NCBI GenBank assembly: GCA_022573895.1
Contig: JACZTB010000032.1
Location: forward strand, 1 to 19,912
DNA length: 19,912 nt
Direction of reading: 5' to 3'
From: Nitrososphaerota archaeon
Lineage (GTDB): Archaea; Thermoproteota; Nitrososphaeria; Nitrososphaerales; Nitrosopumilaceae
Below the pieces are notes generated by a model, which was given only the letters and a program-made list of their open reading frames with translations, was not told the DNA's origin and searched no databases. A program made the translations under genes and the position numbers. The stretch's first letter is position 1. Each line of letters begins with the position of its first letter. Positions 15,397-19,912 of this stretch are shown one piece after another.

Positions 15397-16395
15397 TTAT
15401 TTTATCTTTGATATTTCATAGATTTTCTGCCTTGCGTCTCTGATTGAGACTTTCTTTTTGACATAACCCTTTTGCAAAAGATGACTTAGTGCCAGTCTAA
15501 CAGTTCTAGCAGGAAGTAGGGTTTTGTTTGCCAGATCTTTTTGTGTCATTGCTCCTTCATACTCTAATGTTTTTAGAAGTAATTTGGAGCTTGGAGGCAT
15601 GCTAAGCAACTCTTCAGCAAGATGTACTTTTTTTGCAAGAGCAGAAATTGCAGTAGAATCCTTTTTGAGTCGGATAATTTTTGCAGGAGGGGAAAATTGA
15701 GTGCATTCAACAGTTTTGTTAACATTGTATCTATCCAAGCCATCAAGAACAACTTCACAATGCAGTCTTGCATAGATATCACTAATCTCAATAGTACTAT
15801 CATTAGATACAATGATTGGTCTTCTAGTTACATCAAGTGAGTTTACAGAAATTATCTCAAATACACCTGAATCCTGAAATAAGACAGGACCACCAGCAGA
15901 CATGGAATATGCAGATGATCCAATTGGAGTAGATACAATTATTCCATCGCTATTGTCGTGCCAAACTTCGTCTCCATTGACGCTCAGTGTATACTCCATC
16001 AATATGGCACTCTTTGAAGAAAATATTGCAACATCATTTAGTACTGGATAGACATTTTTTCCATCGATTTTTACACCAAGTCGTGGAACCTCTTCAATAG
16101 AATAGTTTTGTTTTTTTAATATGTTAACATAAGAGGAAAATTCTCGAAGATCGATTTGAGCTAGGAAGCCACTTGCCTCACCTTCACTAATACCCAATAC
16201 AGGAGATAGAGTATCAAAGGTTCTGTGAAAATAATTTCTAACTCCCTTATCTCCTCCTAAAACAATAATACAATCAGCTTGTTTATTCTTGGATTTTGAT
16301 ATTGTAAATGATTTAATTTCAGATTCATCTAGAATTTTTTTAATTGTCTTTGCAGCAGTATCTGTAATTCCAGAACCAAAAATGCCTATTTGCAC
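15397..16395 (-). CDS. nadK: NAD kinase with a C-terminal winged-helix domain
   Basis: 332 aa. Motifs VLGGDKG (variant of GGDG), NDVAI and STPIGSSAYSMSAGGPV. The last ~70 aa (nt about 15400-15609) read LLLKTLEYEGAMTQKDLANKTLLPARTVRLALSHLLQKGYV (MarR-like wHTH). GTG start. The stop abuts the pyrG stop with no spacer. Confidence 0.85.
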   Translation of the reverse strand: MQIGIFGSGITDTAAKTIKKILDESEIKSFTISKSKNKQADCIIVLGGDKGVRNYFHRTFDTLSPVLGISEGEASGFLAQIDLREFSSYVNILKKQNYSIEEVPRLGVKIDGKNVYPVLNDVAIFSSKSAILMEYTLSVNGDEVWHDNSDGIIVSTPIGSSAYSMSAGGPVLFQDSGVFEIISVNSLDVTRRPIIVSNDSTIEISDIYARLHCEVVLDGLDRYNVNKTVECTQFSPPAKIIRLKKDSTAISALAKKVHLAEELLSMPPSSKLLLKTLEYEGAMTQKDLANKTLLPARTVRLALSHLLQKGYVKKKVSIRDARQKIYEISKIK

Positions 16396-16464
16396 AGAAG
16401 AAACAAACTATTCAGTGTAATAAAACAATATGTCTTGGAAAAGATTAATCTTGACTTTTCCGAA

Positions 16465-17133
16465 TCACATGCCTAGAAATATGCCTAGAATTATGTCCCC
16501 ATACAATAATTGAATGACAAATCCGCCTGTGATTAATAACAAATATGGAATCCCAGGAGTAATCCACGTATTTGGCTTTGTACAGAACTCTTGATTTTCT
16601 GCATGATGAATAGCCAAATCAAATTTTTTCTTTCCATTTTTTGTTTTTTCTATGGCAAATCCAAATTTTGGAGTTTTAGCCTTATATCCCATCAATATTG
16701 CAGCCAACTTCTTTCCAGCACTATCATCAAATCCTTCAAAAATATTTTCTCCTTTAATCTGGGATACAACATTTCTAAAAACATTAATCAAAAGTGGAAA
16801 TACAAATAGTATTGCCGCATTTGAAAGTGTTGTAAACGGCGTTACAGCATTTTCGCTAATTGTAGCCATTGGTGCTATCACTGCTAATACTATTAATGCA
16901 AATGCATCTGCCCCTCCAAAGAAGCCTATTCTCCACATCAATAGTACAAATGGTGCTATGATTAATGCAAATCCAATTGTCAGTAGATTGGAAATAAGAA
17001 CTGGATCTATAAACAAAAGTAGAAATCCCACACTTCCGAACCCTATCCAATAATAATCGTGAATTTCTCTTTTCCGAACATCAATAATTGAACATACAAT
17101 TAACATTGTTAATGCAAATCCTATTCCAATCAT
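16465..17133 (-). CDS. A24-family prepilin/preflagellin-type aspartyl peptidase (polytopic membrane protein)
   Basis: 222 aa with multiple TM helices. Contains IDVRKREIHD and GGADAFAL (the two Asp motifs of type IV prepilin-like peptidases). Confidence 0.8.
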   Translation of the reverse strand: MIGIGFALTMLIVCSIIDVRKREIHDYYWIGFGSVGFLLLFIDPVLISNLLTIGFALIIAPFVLLMWRIGFFGGADAFALIVLAVIAPMATISENAVTPFTTLSNAAILFVFPLLINVFRNVVSQIKGENIFEGFDDSAGKKLAAILMGYKAKTPKFGFAIEKTKNGKKKFDLAIHHAENQEFCTKPNTWITPGIPYLLLITGGFVIQLLYGDIILGIFLGM

Positions 17134-17188
17134 GTTGTAATTTGTTAACCGCAGAAGGGATGTTAAAGAAATTTGTGTTCAAAATGAA

Positions 17189-18058
17189 CTACAAGTCCCT
17201 AAATTTTAGCAGATTATAAAAATAAGATGCATTTGTCTGAATGATTCCCTTTCTTGGAATTTTTTGCAAACCCACACTTTTTGAATCAAGTGCAGCCTGA
17301 ACAGCACCGCCCGCAAAGCAAAGTGCCCACAAAAAATCCTTTTCTTTAAGCATGGTACAACAAAATGCTGAACAAAAAATATCGCCAATTCCAGTCGTAT
17401 CATGAATTTGTTTATTTGGCAAGATAATAGAATAGATTTTGTCTTTTACCAAAAGAGACACATCAGTTTTATTTGTCAGTAATACGTATTCTATTCCTTT
17501 TTTTTGTAATGCCAACATCATTTCATCATGAGATCCGTTAACAATTTGTTGGGCTTCTTCAGGATTAACTTTTATTGCATTTACGTTTGATAAATCAAGA
17601 TTAGTATTTTTCAAGACAATATAATTTTGAGAATCTTTTTGCCTCAAAAAACCCTGAGGATCAACAAAAAGAAAATTTGAATCACTCTTGATTTTTCTAA
17701 AAGTATCATCAGAAATTTCATGATAAATTGGATTCACAATATGCCCATCAGCATCAACACTAGAATAATCTATTGATTCACATTCATTTTCAAGTTTAAG
17801 AGTTCTGTCTGAACCATTAATTGAAATAGTAAATTTGGTAGTACTTTTTTCTGATTCAGAATTTACGAAATTTATTTTATGTTCAGAAAGATATTGTTTC
17901 GGAAAATCAGAACCAAATTTAGTTATCAAGTCTACATCAAATTTAAACTGTCTCGCTGTAATTCCACAATAACAAGCAGGACCTCCAATTTGTTCATAAT
18001 TATAATTATTAATTGTAATTGTATCCATTGCACAGTGAGAAAAAATTGCTAATTTCAT
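17189..18058 (-). CDS. PfkB-family carbohydrate/nucleoside kinase
   Basis: 289 aa. C-terminal DTTGIGDIFCSAF matches the PfkB signature DTxGAGDxF. Confidence 0.8.
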   Translation of the reverse strand: MKLAIFSHCAMDTITINNYNYEQIGGPACYCGITARQFKFDVDLITKFGSDFPKQYLSEHKINFVNSESEKSTTKFTISINGSDRTLKLENECESIDYSSVDADGHIVNPIYHEISDDTFRKIKSDSNFLFVDPQGFLRQKDSQNYIVLKNTNLDLSNVNAIKVNPEEAQQIVNGSHDEMMLALQKKGIEYVLLTNKTDVSLLVKDKIYSIILPNKQIHDTTGIGDIFCSAFCCTMLKEKDFLWALCFAGGAVQAALDSKSVGLQKIPRKGIIQTNASYFYNLLKFRDL

Positions 18059-18084
18059 TTCTTTTTATTCCTATAATAGCAGAT

Positions 18085-18192
18085 TTAGTTTTTTGCATTG
18101 TTTTTATCAAAGCAGTTCTGGCAAAGAATTTCTCCTTTTAATATTACCAGTTCAACGCTTGAAGTAAAGCAACTATGACAAAGACCACGCAT
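18085..18192 (-). CDS. small zinc-ribbon protein, 35 aa (below ORF-track cutoff)
   Basis: Hand translation: MRGLCHSCFTSSVELVILKGEILCQNCFDKNNAKN*, giving CxxC-x16-CxxC. It ends 27 nt upstream of the PfkB start on the same strand. Confidence 0.45.
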   Translation of the reverse strand: MRGLCHSCFTSSVELVILKGEILCQNCFDKNNAKN

Positions 18193-18290
18193 CAGATATC
18201 AAAAGAAATTATTCGATCTAGAATTAAAACATTGGAGGAGTTTCATCTCTAGTTTAGGCATAAATTTGCCAGTTTTTTTGAATTATCCGC

Positions 18291-18317
18291 AAGAACTTAG
18301 CTCAAAGAAAACCTACT
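18291..18317 (+). repeat. repeat Y, copy 1 (partial, left half)
   Basis: AAGAACTTAGCTCAAAGAAAACCTACT aligns with 19320-19345 and 18769-18795. Confidence 0.55.
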
Positions 18318-18339
18318 TTGTGAATAAATCTCATTCTTT

Positions 18340-18376
18340 GATCCGTGAGTCCGCACAGATACGTAACCTTGAGTAT
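18340..18376 (+). repeat. repeat X, copy 1 (relatively GC-rich ~36-bp element directly upstream of a TATA-like box)
   Basis: GATCCGtgAGTCCGCACAGatAcGTAACCTTGaGTAT vs 18526-18560 GATCCG--AGTCCGCACAGgAgtGTAACCTTGtGTAT. Confidence 0.65.
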
Positions 18377-18525
18377 AATTTAGGGAAAAAGGAGAAAAAT
18401 CATGGTATTTCAGAATGATTGAAATTTTAGCTTTAATTCATTTTGGTTTATTTGGCGTTGTGTTATCATTATGAAAGTACATGCAAAAATGAAGGATTCA
18501 AAGGATTTGCATAAACATAAGGACT

Positions 18526-18560
18526 GATCCGAGTCCGCACAGGAGTGTAACCTTGTGTAT
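18526..18560 (+). repeat. repeat X, copy 2
   Basis: See copy 1. It is followed by TTTTAAAA (18561-18568). Confidence 0.65.
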
Positions 18561-18616
18561 GTTTTAAAACAAATTAAATAGCATGATGAAAACATTCTAC
18601 TAGAAATTAAAAAATA

Positions 18617-18730
18617 ATGATTAAAGAAAAATGCGATAGATGTGGTTCAGTTTTAGGCACTGAAAGTAAGAAAACTAAGCAAAAATTTTGTCGTAATTGT
18701 AAAAAGAAATTTCAATTATATAGAAATTAA
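18617..18730 (+). CDS. small zinc-ribbon protein, 37 aa (below ORF-track cutoff)
   Basis: Hand translation: MIKEKCDRCGSVLGTESKKTKQKFCRNCKKKFQLYRN*, giving CxxC-x15-CxxC. Confidence 0.45.
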   Translation: MIKEKCDRCGSVLGTESKKTKQKFCRNCKKKFQLYRN

Positions 18731-18767
18731 AGATTTTTTGTTAAAAGTTGGCATTTCTCAAAATGCT

Positions 18768-18823
18768 CAAGAATATAGCTTAAAGAAAACCTACCTACAC
18801 ACATAGAAGAGTCGTAGAATCTA
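18768..18823 (+). repeat. repeat Y, copy 2 (full length)
   Basis: CAAGAATATAGCTTAAAGAAAACCTACCTACACACATAGAAGAGTCGTAGAATCTA. It aligns to 19316-19375 with two 1-nt indels. Confidence 0.65.
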
Positions 18824-19144
18824 CCTTCCTTTTCTAGTAAACCCTTGCTTAATTTTACAGTTAGACGCAGAAAAGTTTTGATGTCTCTTATTGGCATTTT
18901 TCTTTTTTGATTTCTCAGTAGCAACGATCTCTTTAACTTTGAAAACTTTTTCAACAGATGGTTTGGCTTTTTTTGTCTTTTGCGTATAATTGATATTTGT
19001 TACAGAAGAATTTTGATGTCTCTTATTGGCATTTTTCTTTTTTGATTTCTCAGTATCTTTTGGGTTTCTCTGTGTCCATTTGATATTTTTTATGTCCGCA
19101 GAAGAAGATCGTTCAATGTTATAATCCATTAGTGATTTGTACAT
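18821..19144 (-). CDS. small highly basic protein with an internal 45-aa-period duplication (107 aa)
   Basis: ORF in the track. TEKSKKKNANKRHQN occurs twice. The underlying 45-bp perfect DNA repeat is at 18876-18920 and 19011-19055 (135 bp apart, in frame). The frame choice over the overlapping 18727..18954 ORF is based on length only. Confidence 0.45.
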   Translation of the reverse strand: MYKSLMDYNIERSSSADIKNIKWTQRNPKDTEKSKKKNANKRHQNSSVTNINYTQKTKKAKPSVEKVFKVKEIVATEKSKKKNANKRHQNFSASNCKIKQGFTRKGR

Positions 19145-19315
19145 GTCTCATTCGTTTAGGTTATGGACTTAAGCGTATTGGAAAGTAAACAACGTAAACT
19201 AATCAAAAAGCAATTAGCCGTAAAAAAGCCGTGTTAAAACATGGTAAAAATGACAATTGGTGTCTATAAATCAAACAAAAATGCAGGATTCAATCGTTTT
19301 CACAGAAATAATACT

Positions 19316-19375
19316 AAGAAAGAACTTAGATTAAAGAAACCTACTTACACACAAAGAAGAGTTTAGAATCTAACG
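19316..19375 (+). repeat. repeat Y, copy 3 (full length)
   Basis: AAGAAAGAACTTAGATTAAAGAAACCTACTTACACACAAAGAAGAGTTTAGAATCTAAC. Confidence 0.65.
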
Positions 19376-19436
19376 CTTATTCCCACATTTAATGCTAGGG
19401 AATGAAACTACATTCTTGGAGTTCCATCTGAATACC

Positions 19437-19655
19437 TCACTCAACTGGTTTTTCAACTGGTTTTTCAACTGGTTTTTCAACTGGTTTTTCAACTGGTTTT
19501 TCAACTGGTTTTTCAACTGGTTTTTCAACTGGTTTTTCAACTGGTTCTTCAACTGGTTCAGGGTGTCCTTTTCCACGCAGCGCAAACAAAACTATTGCCA
19601 TTGAGATTGCAACTCCTGCGGCTGCACCAAATGCTGCTATTCCTGCTTCTGCCAT
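19437..19655 (-). CDS. small membrane-anchored protein: N-terminal TM helix plus (PVEK)n tail (72 aa)
   Basis: [30 protein letters not shown] followed by PEPVEE(PVEK)8PVE*. This is the only one of three open frames across the repeat that has a sensible non-repeat N-terminus. Confidence 0.55.
   Translation of the reverse strand: MAEAGIAAFGAAAGVAISMAIVLFALRGKGHPEPVEEPVEKPVEKPVEKPVEKPVEKPVEKPVEKPVEKPVE
19441..19560. repeat. 12-bp tandem repeat TCAACTGGTTTT, 8 perfect plus 2 variant units
   Basis: Read directly: perfect units from 19441 to 19536, then TCAACTGGTTCT and TCAACTGGTTCA. Confidence 0.95.
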
Positions 19656-19763
19656 GAAACAGTTAGTGCAAAATTAACAATAAACATGATGGTGCCAAAA
19701 TGAAAAATCTGTTTAATTTTTTTTGATTATCTTTACAATAATTAAGAAATTTAATTCTAGGAT

Positions 19764-19779
19764 GAGTTTAGAATCTAAC
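19764..19779 (+). repeat. repeat Y, copy 4 (partial, right end)
   Basis: GAGTTTAGAATCTAAC is identical to 19359-19374. Confidence 0.6.
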
Positions 19780-19912
19780 AGTTAGTACAGGTTAGATGTC
19801 TTGCTGTACCGATTGGATAGTAGATGTAAGACGCCCCTAGCATCGATTCTACTCTCCAAACTCCATCAACAACAATGTAAGCTTCGATAGTATCCTCATA
19901 CAACAATCTACT
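19775..19912 (-). CDS. partial CDS (3' end only, enters from beyond window end), hypothetical protein
   Basis: Open frame from the window edge: ..YEDTIEAYIVVDGVWRVESMLGASYIYYPIGTARHLTCTNC*. The stop (19775-19777) lies inside repeat Y copy 4. Confidence 0.4.
   Translation of the reverse strand, partial: SRLLYEDTIEAYIVVDGVWRVESMLGASYIYYPIGTARHLTCTNC

Noticed and set aside
15394-15399. pyrG and nadK stop codons abut with no intergenic spacer, considered as a possible annotation error or fusion
   Set aside because: Both ORFs end with complete family-typical C-termini on opposite strands. Tail-to-tail packing like this is normal in streamlined genomes.
16469-16490. Tandem ATGCCTAGAA words at the 3' end of the peptidase gene, considered as a stand-alone regulatory repeat
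   Set aside because: They encode the repeated ILG/FLG C-terminal residues of the membrane peptidase, so coding constraint alone could explain them. They are kept only as a caveated note under the nadK finding.
18410-18595. 61-aa minus-strand ORF (Cys-rich) covering repeat X copy 2
   Set aside because: The equivalent frame over X copy 1 is not maintained (2-nt indel), the composition is low-complexity, and the ORF overlaps better-supported plus-strand features.
18291-19375. A plus-strand peptide similarity across Y copies (QELSSKKTYF / QEYSLKKTYL / KELRLKKPTYT) suggested a conserved small protein
   Set aside because: Copies differ by single-nucleotide indels that break the frame, and convincing start codons are lacking. 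The conservation is at the DNA level.
19441-19560. Regular short repeats that might be mistaken for a CRISPR array
   Set aside because: The units are 12 bp and directly abutting with no spacers, and they lie inside an ORF. This is a coding tandem repeat, not a CRISPR array.
19370-19604. QLKN-repeat ORF (19370..19585, minus) and WFFN-repeat ORF (19392..19604, plus) over the 12-bp tandem repeat
   Set aside because: They are alternative frames of the same repeat without a plausible non-repeat domain, so the PVEK frame with its TM N-terminus is preferred. The QLKN frame does end at the CTA inside repeat Y, so it is not fully excluded.

Overview
This is an AT-rich, gene-dense window that looks archaeal. 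The gene content, TATA-like boxes about 25-30 nt upstream of start codons, a PEFG-type C-terminal anchor and a translationally coupled trpEGDCBA block fit a marine Nitrosopumilus-type thaumarchaeon; that is inference from the sequence, not a database hit.

Layout:
- 1-1178: the 5' end of a rhodanese-like gene (minus strand) and a secreted MBL-fold hydrolase.
- About 1194-7448: an accessory island ending in a tyrosine integrase gene. It carries no recognisable replication or structural genes. It holds a run of seven tiny, mostly zinc-finger ORFs, seven HTH proteins within 2.3 kb, an iteron and palindrome cluster, and a 251-aa protein that is almost entirely GYNKx pentapeptide repeats. Five of the HTH proteins are paralogous ~70-aa proteins in two divergent coupled operons, and one is a wHTH fused to an HEPN-like RNxxxH domain.
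- 7438-18058: core genes, namely a TRASH-like zinc-ribbon gene, trpE-G-D-C-B-A, pyrG, nadK (with a C-terminal wHTH), an A24 prepilin-type peptidase and a PfkB kinase.
- 18060-19912: a cluster of small genes (two zinc ribbons below the ORF-track cutoff, a basic internally duplicated protein, a TM protein with a perfect 12-bp x8 tandem repeat) interspersed with two short noncoding repeat families.

The best candidate for something undescribed is the island. Three att-like sites suggest a tandem pair: a mini-element with no integrase plus a full element. Both share conserved 5' and 3' cassette flanks around unrelated cargo. The full element also has an unusually heavy HTH/HEPN regulatory module with its own operator repeats.

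No rRNA, tRNA or CRISPR array was found. All functional calls rest on motifs read by eye and need HMM or structure searches.
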